A program made the position numbers and the translations under genes. DNA of 64,000 bases from Yuukianura sp. NJ FZ-2021. Its lineage: Eukaryota. Below, one piece after another: positions 13,405-26,400 of the stretch; positions within the stretch are counted from its first letter, which is position 1; each line of letters starts with the position of its first letter. The notes beneath the pieces are model-generated. The model had not been told where the DNA came from and made no database searches. It was given only the letters and a program-made list of their open reading frames with translations. The stretch is from NCBI GenBank assembly GCA_046563655.1, contig CM102290.1:10726001-10790000 (forward strand), written 5' to 3'.

Positions 13405-13797
13405 TTTTTTTTGCAACAGAAAGTGAGGACCAGGATTTTCTACATGGAATTAACTGTCGGCATTTTTCGCAACAGAAATTAGACGTCAGCACTTTTCGCG
13501 ACAGGAATTAGCTACCAGGATTTTTCGCAACAGAAAATGACTGTCAGGATTTTTCGCAACAGAAAATAGCTGTCAGGATTTTTCGCGACAGAAATTAGCT
13601 ATCAGGATTTTTCGCAACAGAAAATGACTGTCATGATTTTTCGCAACAGAAATTCACTGTCAGCATTTTTCGAGGCAGGAATTAGCTACCAGGATTTTTC
13701 GCAACAGAAATTGCCTGTCACGATTTGACGCAACAGGATTTTCTGCAACAGGAATTGCCCGTTTTTTGGTATTCCCGTTGCGGAAAAAATCCTGTTG
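13405..13797. repeat. 29-bp minisatellite (~12 diverged copies) ending in an inverted copy
   Basis: The unit is approximately TGTCAGGATTTTTCGCAACAGAAAATAGC with period 29 (e.g. 13541 to 13570). Segments 13731-13755 and 13771-13797 are near-perfect inverted repeats. Confidence 0.9.
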
Positions 13798-15577
13798 TTT
13801 ATCAGCAAAACTCCCCCCATAAAAATAAGTTGCACTAAAAGCCTCAGCCTGGGTTGAATTAAGGTCTAAAGGCCGATTCCCAAAATGTCTCAATATTATC
13901 ACTTCATAATAATTAAAAGCACAATGACAATAACTAACTAACGAGAAAAATTATTCTATCATAATCCTAATTAGATAGCAGAAAAATTTAATGTGCTGGT
14001 TTATTTTTGTCACGTTAAATTCAAAATCTGGACTCCTGATATTGAACTCATATCAGAATATCCCAACGCGAATACAATAATATACCGCTGGCTTACGGCA
14101 ATCAATATCCTACAGTGGTTTGAATTTAATTTTCCCACGCTCGACAGCTGTGTTTCTGAGTTACAAAATTCTTCATTCATTGAAATTATCGGAGAGGCGT
14201 TCGGAAGATGTGAAATATTTGTGAAAACACAAATGCTCAAAAGCGTCGCACCATACTCACCGAACAAGGGTTCCAAAATATATGTAATCTTAAAACCAAT
14301 ATTCTTCACATTCTTGTTTTGCATGGTATTGTATTAATTTCTTTGTTTTTATTGAAGTTAGCATGAGCTTAGAAGATATTTTTTACATTTTTTTTTACCT
14401 ATCTTATCTATTCCTTCTATCTACATTCCCAACGGTTCTGTCGTTTTAGATGTCAAATGAAAAGACATTTTAACTACGTTCAATTATTACTTTTTTAAAA
14501 CTACATGTTTGCACTATTTGTTTAAATGCGGTTTGCAGTCGGTTTATTTGGACAAAAATGAGGTTGATTGTATGTATGTGGAATATTCATGTGTCAAATC
14601 GGAGACTTAAAAGTAAACGTTTTACATAAAAGTTTGGCATCTACAGCAAATTTTATTTAGAAGCAAAGTGCGTCCATGAAAATAAACAAGAAATGAAATC
14701 AAACTTTTACTTCACAAGCCTATAACCTAATTGATTTGGGCAATCTGCGAGCCAGAATTTGCATAACGGGATTATTTGGTTCGGGGGCGGTTGATTCTCC
14801 AAGTTTTACACCGCTGTGAATCTAATCGAATCATCATCATCTGTATCGTCCCATCGTCTTTTCACTTTCTTTCCTGTTTTCTGATTTGGTAAACTGTTGG
14901 AGTTAAGTTCTCGTCATATCATCGTCATCAAAGTGGCTACACAAAGATTATGTGTCCGTGTTGTCCAAATAAACAACTTAATTCCGTTCTAATTTGAACC
15001 ATTTGTTTTTGCGACCCAACCCTGCTAGATTTGTTTTTAATTGGTTCAGGTCAGGCAGGTACGTACGTTTACGCACTATATTCTTGAATTTGTGCTGCTT
15101 ACCATTCCATGTCGTCAAAACTTTTACTCTGCGTCGTTTTATTTTGACTTTCAGTGTTTAGGAGGTCCATCCAGATCCAGGTTGGTCCTAATTTTGGGTA
15201 CTTCCGTTTTCCACACCGATAAATTCTTGATTCTTCCGAGTCCAGTCGACAGTATTTTTAGACGTCCGGTAAGACGTGCCCAAATTGATTAACGACTACT
15301 TTGTCCTACATTTCTTATGTGTACTATTGCAATGAGGAATTTAAGCCATAGGTTATTTGGCACGAAAATTTAAGACTGAGAAGCTTACCATTTCGAGTGT
15401 AACATTTACTGACCACTACTACTGGTTTTTTCAAGATAACTCTTGAAAAATGGTTACATCATAATTTATAGTGTTATGGTCGTTTCTTCAGTTAGACACG
15501 GATGAAGATTTCAATTACTGTTTAAACTTGACATTACGCACGTTAAAATTTTCAGATTCTTCCATTGCGTGGACAAG

Positions 15578-17565
15578 ATGGTATCATTTGGGGAATCAGC
15601 CTACGACAACAAGAATCGTAAAGGGCCTACCATTGGTTCTAAAACTTCAAAGGACAAACCTACTCCGGTTACGAGAATTCTGAGCGATTCACAACTGGTA
15701 AAGCTCAAGGAACATCGCTATAGCTGTGTCTGTACAAGTATGTTGGATCCTTACCTTCAACCTTACTGGGGCTGGCTAGTGCAACAGCTTCCACTTTGGA
15801 TGGCTCCGAATCTAATTACTATTCTTGGCTTACTCGTTAATGTCGTTACCAGCCTTATCCTTGTCTACTACAGTCCAGATTGCAATCAACAGGTTATTGT
15901 TAAAAACTGATTTAATACTGCTAAAATCATTGTAAGAATTACAGGCAAAATGTGATTATTTATTTGCTGATAATTTTAGGTTCCAGCCTGGTCACTCATT
16001 CTGTGTGCTGCTGGATTGTTCATTTATCAAAGCCTGGATGCAATTGATGGGAAACAAGCACGGCGAACAAAATCGAGCTCTCCATTAGGTGAACTTTTTG
16101 ACCACGGATGTGATTCGGTCTCAACGGGTAAGATTTTTTCTGCCTGCTTTATTTTATGCACTCTTCGTAACAGATCGATCTGATGTCTGATCGTATGGTT
16201 TTACTTTGGCTAGTCTTCGTGTCACTTGGATTATGCGTGGCTTGTCGTCTCGGGCATTCTCCTTACTTGATGTTCCTTCAATCCTTCATGGCGGTGACGT
16301 TATTCTACTTTGCTCACTGGCAGACGTATGTCACAGGTATCTTCTACTTGGCTTATAAACGAATGAAATCATCATTATTTATTTCTAATTTTGTTTCATT
16401 TTTCAGGGGTACTTAATTTCGGGTTCTTCGACGTAACTGAAGCACAAGCTTCTATTATAGTGATTCATTTGGTGACTGCTGCCTTCGGAGGAAGTTTCTG
16501 GACCGACGTGGTAATATTCGTAGTCCTCTGAGTATTGCACTGTACTTCTTATGCCATTTTTTTTAAAGCATTCTGATTTTGCATTCTAGAGAATTCCTGT
16601 GTTGGACTTGCCACTGTATGCAATTTACGTAGTCGTAGCACTAGGAGGGGCTGTGTATACGCTTTGGTGCGAATTCAATACCATTTTGTATAAGGGTGCT
16701 GGAAAAAATGGATCCTCGATTGCTGTGAGTGCCTATTTAGAAAGAATGTGTCAACTACTATATAATTTATGTAACTTCTCTTCATTGCAGGGTACCAGTG
16801 TCCTATTCCCAGGAATACCTTTCGCCTTGGTCGTGGTTCCAGCGTTTTACATTGCCACCAAAAGCAAAGTTGGAGTCTTCGAACAAAACCCTGCTATTTA
16901 CTGTCTAACATTTGGCTTAATCGCTGCAAAAGTCACAAATAGACTTGTCGTAAGTTGGTAAACTTATTAACAACGATTCCTGTCAGTTCTGACATTTCGA
17001 ATTGATTGATTTGGCAGGTTGCACACATGACCAAGAGTGAGATGGACTATTTCGATCCAGCGCTTGCTGGCCCGTTGCTACTCTTCCTCAACCAATATTT
17101 CAGTATTGGAGTCGATGAGTCGTTTCTTCTGTACGTTAGTTTGGTAAGTACTACTAGCAATGCAAAACTTTTGTTTTCAATTTAAACACAAATCTTCCAT
17201 TCGTGCTCATCGTTGAAAGAAAATGTTTGTTTGTTTTTTTTTTTGTGTGTGTGATTCTGACAGGGCCTTTATCATTTCCCTTCCTCCTTCGTGCACTGAA
17301 TAATGAAAATTTTGTCTTTTTTTTTGTTTATGGATTTGAAAAGGGTTTAGTAAGTTTCGAGCTGTTCCGTTACTCGAAGAAAGTGTGTCAAGAAATTTGC
17401 GAGTCTCTCAACATAATGCTATTCAGAATCCAAGTTCCACCGCACGAGCCACCGCCAGTGGAACGCACTGCTGATGTTCTCCCTAAACTTTACAGCCACA
17501 CTGGCGGTGGTGATGCAGATACTGTTTTAAGTGGGGGCCACTTCAAGGGCAAAGCCAAGAAATAG
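15578..17565 (+). CDS. CEPT1: Choline/ethanolamine phosphotransferase (CEPT1/CHPT1 family, CDP-alcohol phosphotransferase), 8 coding exons, ~443 aa
   Basis: Exons 15578-15892, 15980-16127, 16214-16336, 16407-16510, 16590-16724, 16791-16949, 17018-17143, 17344-17565, all GT-AG with consistent phases. Contains the family motif [26 protein letters not shown], plus [36 protein letters not shown] and VAHMTKSEM. Probable 5' UTR exons end at ~15058 and 15268. Confidence 0.95.
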
Positions 17566-18189
17566 ATGTGTCCCATCTTCACTTAACCTCAGGATCCATA
17601 CAGAATTAGAATATATTAGGGAAAGACGCAAAATGGCTACAAAAATCGTCCAGAACAAAGTTCGGTTATACAGGTATATACTAAGGACATACGTCGAGGA
17701 CCGTTTCGTTCCTCACTTTCTACGCTATTCATTGTATTCATCCTCCCCTAAAAATACCCGACAGTCTCCAAATCACCAAAGATGTAACCTAGTAAGTAAG
17801 GCCATTAATTTAATGCTACAAAAATAGTTAACGTAAAAATTCTATCAGTGACAGGTCAATTTCTAAAAACCATTGTAAATGTGAGGGTTGAGCGTGTGGA
17901 GTCAGTCATCGTCCTCCATTCGTTTCTGTTGTACAGACGCAATGTTTTTTAAAAAGTCCAGCGCTCACACTTGATTCAAAACTTGTTAAAGTTAGTTTAA
18001 AATCATTTGCTAACTAAATAAGTGAAACTTCGCAATTGACAAGCAATAGCAATTAGTTTACTAACTACTAATTTGTTTCCGTTTTACTAAACTTATGAAA
18101 TGGAAATGTAAATTGAAATGGGATTCTATTTTTGTAATATCCTTAATAAGTGTGTAACGACCGACCAGCATCAACAAACACAAGATTTT

Positions 18190-18270
18190 TAAAACAAAAT
18201 GGCGGGGCGGTACATTTGAATTTGTAATCCAAATGTGTTACTGCCAATCTCCTCCACATCGATACACGCT
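18190..18270 (+). promoter_or_regulatory. Possible housekeeping-type promoter for the downstream MADD transcript
   Basis: AAAATGGCGG (YY1/Pho-like) overlaps a GC box (GGGGCGG) at ~18197-18210, and a DRE-like CATCGATA lies at ~18257. The site is just after the CEPT1 3' end and upstream of several UTR-like spliced segments. The TSS was not demonstrated. Confidence 0.3.
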
Positions 18271-21200
18271 ACGACAAAACTACAATCTACCACATTGTTC
18301 ACTTGGTACCTTCAATATCCATAGATTCCCGTTCGTTTTTGTCGCCTAACGATTGTCAATTTACTGAAAATGTTATTTGTTGATTGCATTTCGAAAAGTA
18401 TAAGTTTTGTGAATCAGAAAAACATCAAACCAAAGAAACTTAAAGCTTAGCATTTCTTTTAACGATATTTTTCTTTCAACAGGGAGAAGTTGTGATACTA
18501 AATAGTTTTAGTACAATTATTACAAAATTATGCGATGATTTATTACGACTCTCTTTTGTCCTGGTGTAAACAAACAGGATCCAAAACATTAATCAAGAAT
18601 GTAGTTCTTTGGACTAATAATTACAGGAAAATGTTCAGATTTTAGTTGAACGCAGGTCGACGTCACCCTTATCCTCAATACTCAAGAGATTAAATTCAAA
18701 ATTTTGTAGGAAAATCAAAACATCAACACTAATTTGTACTCATTTCAAGTCTAAGTAAGGTTTCTATTTGTGGAAGTGGTTTTCATTTGAAAAGCCTTGG
18801 AAAAGATCTGGTTAACCTAACACCGTAGCGTAACCAGGCTCCAGGTTTTTTTTAGAGGTTTTATGGACGTAGTGATTTTATTTGAACGGAACTATCAAAG
18901 ATCAAAACATCCTGGAAGCGTGTAATAAAGCAATAAAGGCATAAACGTTACGACGTTTAGTCTGAAGGAAGAATCTAACTTTAATCTCTTTGCTAATACA
19001 AACTTGGATTTCCTTTTGTGCGTCAGTGTTTTACTGTAGTAAACAACACGCAGAAACCTTATGTTTGCCGGGAATCAGCAAACTACAAAAGTGGTAAAGT
19101 AAAAATAAAACTTGAAAAGGAAAATCAAATCTCGGGGAAAGTTTGTGCTTTCCTTTTGAAAATAAATTGATTTTATTTTCAGGTCTGAAGTGGTCGGCGT
19201 GTCTGGCGGTTTTCTTTCAACATTTTCCTTCCGATTTCAAAAGTTTTGTTACGTTTTTTCCCCCTTAATTTTCAAGATTTTTCCAATTTTTGTCGTTTTG
19301 ATTTGCTCCTGATTTGAATTTTGAAAAGGTTTGTTGCGTTTGACATCTTTTTTTAGTTTGAAAAATTTTCCCCACGTTTTGTTTTTCTTTCTTTTCCATA
19401 TTATCGTTTTTAACTTACAATACAGATCTGTATTATTGCGTGTCGTTCAGGTTAGTCGTTCACATCTTGGGTTTTCTTTTTCTCATCGTGATATGTTTCT
19501 CTTTTTTTTTCATTTTCAATATTTGGAACAATCAATCTTCAAAAACGTGACAATTTTCTTTCTATTTGAAAACGTTCCAAAATTGATAAGGTTAATTGTA
19601 ATTAAATTGGATACGGTAGAGAGCCAATGGAAATCGAACACCAAGTTTTCCGTCGAATTTTGAAAAAATCCATGGACTATAGTTCATGTTTTTTTTTTTA
19701 CTAAATTTGGGTAAAATCTGCAGGTACCTTTCTAAAATTTCTAAAAAAAATTTTTTATTTTTGTGAATTTAATAGCCAAGAGTTTGCCTCTCTGACGTCT
19801 TTCATTCCTGAGATATGAATTTTCAAAAGTTTTTGAAAATTAAAATAATATTTTGATTTATATCTCGAGAACGGAAAGCGATAGAAAATTCTTCGGGAAA
19901 AACTTTCAAAAAACATGATAAATTTTAACAAATATTGAAAAGTCCAAAATCTTATTCAATTTTGAGCCTCCTTGTGAACAAAGGAGGAAGGTTAAGGTCA
20001 AGGTCGCTTTGCTCCTTTGAACTTTGCTTCCCAAACTCATCGTATGTATGTAGCGCTTATAGTAGTGGAATGATTGAATTATTTCAGTAATGAAAGGGTT
20101 GCCAACTTTCTCTCAGATCAGAGAAAGTTGAGTCAATTTCTTGAAAAACCAAAATAACCAAGTGAAAAGCACGGGAAAAGTTCGTCTAACCTTTCCAGAA
20201 ACTTTTTTTGCTGTACAAAGACTTCCTCATTGGAGTTTCTTCGTGATGCATCGCTTTCACTGCTGGAGCAACGCAGAGTTAGCTTTTGCTTCGAGTGTCC
20301 TTAGTTTTCTCTAGTCTCGGGTTAACTTTATGATACTAGACTTTCTCTCTTTTTTTCTGGAGGGAATATGAGGCCTGTCTTTTGGCTTCCTTTTTAGTTC
20401 TAACAAGAAATTGACCTACTTTCTCTTTCAGCCGAACCAAAACGCTGCTATTGATTTGACTATGAAGTAGACAAACGGCTTAGCAGTGAAAAGAAGGAAA
20501 TTCCAAAACTCCTGCTAGTTTCCTCCTTTTTTTCTTCCGTCGTGTTCTATTTGAATCGGATCTTGTTCATTGAATTTTCAAATATTTGACGTCAAATCCC
20601 CTCCCTTGTGCTGACTCTTGAACTTTAAAAGGAAAACAAAGTATTTCTATTCTGACCCGGATTGGAGGGGGGAGGGTAATACTTACACAAGGGTGATATG
20701 TTTGTTCAGCGCAATCCTCAACAGCATCGCTGCACACGCTTATGACGTCATCTCGATCGTTGACTGGCTGCTTGTGTCGTTTTTCGCATGCCACTTTTAG
20801 ATACCAATTAAAGCGACATCGATGATTTGCAGTCGAATCAAAAATCAAGTTCAGTCACGTAGTCATGTCAGTTTTACTAAACCCTAACTGGTTCCAGGTC
20901 ATAACTGACAATCCAAATGCCGACAATCAAAACCCAACAACTCCAAATCCGACAATTCAATAATCATGATCTAACCTAAGTTGCCCTTTAGAATTAAAAC
21001 GTCGCGAGGTCATTTAACACAACGTTGGATTTTAACTTCAAAATCTGAGTTCAAATTCAATGAGAAAAATTTGTTGCTCTTTGCAAATGACATCGTGACA
21101 TACCATGAACGCTATTACGTGACTTACCTGACCTAACTTTTGATCCCAGCACAAATTGTACTTCAATTGTGCAAAGATGGAACTTTTTCTTTTCTCCTGG

Positions 21201-23431
21201 CGAAACTTGTAGGTTTTACTTTTCGTTTGTTAAAGTAGTTTAGGACAGACAGGGTTAGGCTATAAATCTAACAAATTATCTCCAATTCTCTCAATCAGTT
21301 ATTTTTTTGTTTATGTCTAAAGTTTGCACTGAATTATTATTTTTTTTGTCAATGCTGTAGAATAGGCTAGAAGGAGCGGAAACCGCAGAAACTGGGAAGC
21401 AGCGTCGACCAGAACTCCCTCCAGCCAGTTCCCCCGTGTTCCATTGCATGTCAATGTCCGTATGGCTTCAATGTTTCTAATTAGGAGCTCCACAATAGAA
21501 TCCAGAATGTATCAATTACCCACATTTATTCCGTGCGGTTCTAATAAAGCTTTACCAAACCAGCTGAATAAGTCCTAACCTCTAGCTACAACTCCAATTG
21601 CGAAATCAAGCGAAAACATATTCACTTCACCCAGCAAAATTTTTCGCAACATTTTCATATTCTTCCACCCTCGAAATTTGCACGTCTATCGGATGAAAGC
21701 AGTTTTTTTGACAGACGTGAAATCTTAGTTGTGATTCTGAATACTTTTAACTTTTCAAAGTTTAATTTTCAAAAGTTGAGATTTTGAAAGTTAAAAATTT
21801 AAAATTTTGAAGTGCTTTCATTCGTGAGCAATACAACTCCATCGGGTTCCGGGTAAGACAAGAAAGAGCTTTTGATATAATTGAATTTTCATTGTTAATA
21901 ATTTAGTTTTTCTGGCTTTTTCTTCTCCTTGATTTTTTTTAACTTTTTTTTTGTCTCGTTTGAAAACCCGGGTTTAAATTGAAAATGAGGCGGCCATTTC
22001 GGTTTTTTTTACGCAACAGTCTCCTGGAGCTGTAACTGCAAAGTACTGTAATAACATTTCCTCCTTTTTATGTGTCGTGTAGGGCTTAGTTCAGGTTTTA
22101 CGTGACTTTGTCAGTTTCCTTACTTTTTTTTGCACATTCCGTTAATGATGAGGATGACTATGTTCATGTGCGAAATGGATCCAGCATATCCAGGAGCGTG
22201 TGGTGGTAGTGTCATGGGAATTGGGAATTGACGCTACGTTACTGCTGGAAGACGTATCTCGTTGGTAACGTAAACCCAGATTGCCTCCATCATCCGGCAC
22301 GGATGACTCCTTAGAGATATCCTCAACGGCAGCCTAACATAACTTATACTAAAGCAGGCTGAATGTGGAAGATCAACTAGTAAATCAGCGTACAGTGGCA
22401 CGCGTGACGCCAACGTCTAAAGTGATTTCAACTTGACTGGAAAAATCTAGGACTGGAATTAGTTCACAGGATCCACCATGAGCTTGATGCTGAAGATGAG
22501 TATGACGGAGGACCTCAAGCATTTTGAAAAGAGAAGGGAAATTCTGAAAACTCAATTATAAAAGATCATTATATTTGAAAAGCTCCTTGTTAAGTTTTGC
22601 TACTCGAAGTTGCGTCAACTCAGGTTCCTCCCAGAATCAACTTTGTTTTGGTATATGTCGTCGTGACATTTGGAACAAGAAGGAGGATTGAGGTCAACTT
22701 TAAATTAGTTTGGTAATTGGGTCGTAACAAAGTTTTATTTGGAGGGTCTGGATTGGTGGACTCAAGGATTGATGAGAAGTGGTTTCGATTTGGAAATTTG
22801 TTAAGAACGACTCGAAAAAGATATAATATTCTGTTTGTTTGTGTCTTTTCAGACCACTGGCCAACTCCCCCCTTACAGAATCTTCCCCCCTGGGGGAGGG
22901 AAGTGCTGAGGTGCCCTTGAGCTGAGACGACACCGTTCCATGTTCCTTCAGTTAGGTTATGCTTAGGAACTTTATGGTTTGGCCCACTTTTGTCGTCTTC
23001 AGCAGCCTAACCCAACGGCTCCACTAGCTGTTCTAAAAAGTTCTAGTCGAAGGCGGCTTCTAGAAAAAGGAGCGGCTCCGGAAGTATTGATCCCCTGCGC
23101 AGAGCATCTCTTCCCCCGTGTGGCTCTTTTTGGCTGGAACTTTCTCCACAAAACCAAACCTAACCTTTCTCCTATGTTTTTCCCATGACTCTTTCCCATC
23201 CTTAGTCTCAGGATCATCTCAACCGTCGTCAGTGTCACTTTCCCTCCTGACCATGTCAGAACACAACCTCCAGCGCTCCAGCCCACCACGGTCTGACACA
23301 AAGTGCATCTGTCCCACTTCCAAATCAAGGCCCCACCGCTGCCGTTGAAAGGCCCACCAAAACCCACCGCGGCGGCCACCGTGACGATGAGACTCGACTC
23401 ACACCATCTCCCACCCAGCAGCAGCTCATAA

Positions 23432-26400
23432 ATGACGGAGAAGTGGTTATGTCCACGCCTCGCAGACTACTTGGTCATTGTGGGGTCACGAAATCCCAAT
23501 CATCAGGCCAGCATCCAACCACCAGAACTCCTGCGCAGATATCCACTAGAAGATCATAAGGTAACTATAACTTGAATTACAAATTAAGATATAAGCTTTA
23601 AGTTTAAAATTAAGTTTTAAACGATTAATCACAATTAACTAGTCGCTTGAATCTCCTTTCACTCCTTCTGAAATTTGATTCGCAACTTTCAAATTTTCCG
23701 TTTATTGCTTGTCTGTAACTTTGTCTCTATTTTTGTCGATTTTACTGTTCGAATCACCTTAAGATGAAACCAGAAACGTCTCGACTAGTCAAGAATCTAG
23801 CCTAACCTTAGTTAGTTTAACTAAGCTAATGTTAAAACAGTGTAAATTATTGTTAGGCACGGAAGCTTTTGTATTTCTACGAATAAGATTAATAGATTTG
23901 TGTGAATCGAACATTTCATCAGAAAAGCAAACACAATAATTTAGATTTTAAGAAAATGCGGGCTAAAGAACAACAATTTTTATACTTTGAATTCTTTCAT
24001 TTCCACTGAATTACAAATGGGCCAGAACATAATTTGAATTGGATCAACAACCTCAAAAGAGTTTAAGCCAGCTTAAAAAGAGACTTTGTTGACCTTAACC
24101 TAACTGAAACATAAAACCAACCTAATCTAAACTTGTATCAAGCACCGTTGTACTTGTAAGCTAGATAAACACGAATTAATCGATTAACTATTTGGAAATA
24201 ACCTAGCATTACTTTTTTATTCCAGGATTTTCCTCTTCCTCTAGATGTCGTGTACTTCTGTCAACCAGAGGGCTGTGTTTCTGCTGGTCCAAAACGACCG
24301 GCCCTGAGGGACGCAGTCTCCTTTGTCTTTACTCTTACTGACAAGGACTCTGGTGAGTTACAAAACTTTTTATAAATTTTGAATTTTGGCACCATTTCAT
24401 TGTCTTCAGAATTCAAAATGGCTGTTTTTGGTACTTTTTTAGGGAAGACTCGGTACGGCGTTTGCCTTAACTTCTATCGAAGTACAGAGAGAGGCCCTCC
24501 TCCAAGTAGTAGCAAAAGAAAAGGTTCTGATGGCAATACAAATGGAAGAAGACAATCATGGAGGAAGTCCGTGGAGAAGAGCACGGACTCGGCCTTTTCC
24601 AGGTACGTTTTCTGAAAAACCTTGTTCTAAAAATTTAAAAAGAAGAGCACTTACCTTTGATTGGTCCTGTATCCTAGCGACCATCGAAGTGGAGTTGCTC
24701 CGACGAGTGACTCTGAACGAGAATGTACCAGTAGAAGGGATTCAGAGTCAACGACTCAAGGTCAAACGGCTTCGGCTCAAACGAATCCATTTGCCCCGCA
24801 ACAACCTCTGGGGTCCCGCCTGGGGGTCATTCCCCCCTCGGGGAACGACTCCGAAAGCGGCGGTTCGCAACCCCCATCTCCAAGAGCTGCACGGAGACGT
24901 CAGGTAATGCTTTTGGCTTCATCTAAAAATAGAAACTATAAAACCTCGATTGATTCTCTGTGTCTAATTCTGGAAAGTAAATAACTGATAATCGATTTAT
25001 ATAAAAAAGTAATTCATTTCTGATTTATTTTTAGCGTTGTAAGAACCATAGCTTGACGTCCCTCTGTCTCCTGTCCCATCATCCCTTCTTCTCATCATTT
25101 CGTCAGTGCCTGAGTCTACTCAAACGATTAATCGATGCATGTCAAGACAATATTTCACCTCGACGTGTTGGAGCCTCGAAGCTCAATTCCAGGTTAGCTC
25201 CTATTTCTTTCTTTTTTCGAAAATGTCGGCTTTTCTTTAAATTTTTTGAAATTCGAGCGTTTTCGTTCGAACGTAGCAAACGTTTTTCTTTTTTGACTGC
25301 AGTATCGTTGTACACAAAAGCTTTAGTACTTGGAAAATGCGACGAACAAACGTTTAGAAAAGGTTTTTAAAGATGCGACCAACGTTTGTGAAACGTTGTT
25401 GAAGATGCGAAAACGTTTGTGAAACGTTTCTTTGTAGAAAGTTAGCTAATGTATGTTTGACGTTTAGGGAGAGCGTTTGGTCAGTATTAACTGGAAAGAA
25501 TTTTGAAGGCGGGTCCTCTTTCGTTCTCCATGACGTGCGTGAAATGGAGATGTGGATTCTACGCTTACTTAGCTCACCTGTGTCCGTACCTGGTAGTACA
25601 AGAGTAGAAGTAAGTAATTCAAAGTATTTCAAGTAATTGCAAAGTAGTTTATAATTGGAAATGTAATTACAGTTAGAAGTATTACCAACGGATTTACATC
25701 CACCACTAATTTTTGCACTTCCGGATCGCACAAGATTCTCCTTGTCTGACTTCCCACTTCATTTGCCACTGGAACTCTTGGGGGTTGACGCTTGCCTCCA
25801 AGTTCTCACACTCATCCTCCTCGAGTGCAAAGTAATTGCTTAATTTTTAAAAAATTCCAAAATTTCATTTTTTTTTATAAAACAGAAGTGTGATGAAATT
25901 TTGAAAATGATGAATTGTAGGTTGTGATACAATCGCGAGACTACAGCGCCTTGTCAATGTCCGTGATGGCATTGGTAACCCTTCTATACCCACTCGAGTA
26001 CATGTTTCCAGTGATTCCACTTCTGCCAACTTGCATGAGTTGCGCAGAACAACTTCTGTTGGCCCCCACCCCGTACATTATTGGTATTCCCGCAAGTTTC
26101 CTACCCTACAAAAAACATTTTCGGTAAGCAAATTTTAAAAAACTTGTTTTTTGTTTCAAAATATATCAAAATTTAGTTACATTTTTCGATATTTTAGGCT
26201 TCCAGATGACGTTTGGCTAGTGGATTTGGATTCTAATAGGATCAGTGGTCCTACAAATGCAGAACGAGATAGTTGTGATTTTGTGCCTGCATTACCCGAA
26301 GCTGAAGCATCCGTACTCCGAAACCATCTTAAACAGGTACGTTCACCGAAAACTGCAAAATCAAAATTTTGATTTTAGAAACAATTTCTTTTGAAAGTTT

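Noticed and set aside
13660..13902. 80-aa minus-strand ORF
   Set aside because: Overlaps the 29-bp minisatellite and hairpin; no recognisable motif.
13993..14337. Overlapping ~105-115-aa ORFs on both strands
   Set aside because: No recognisable family or convincing splice partners; left unassigned.
17548..17565. ER-retrieval dilysine signal at the CEPT1 C-terminus (KGKAKK)
   Set aside because: Lysine positions do not fit KKXX or KXKXX.
19785..19890. Degenerate inverted repeat (gagatat/atatctc) resembling a transposon remnant
   Set aside because: Too degenerate to define termini or a target duplication by eye.
22999..23379. 126-aa minus-strand ORF
   Set aside because: Antisense shadow of the GC-rich MADD leader exon; non-ATG start and no homology recognised.
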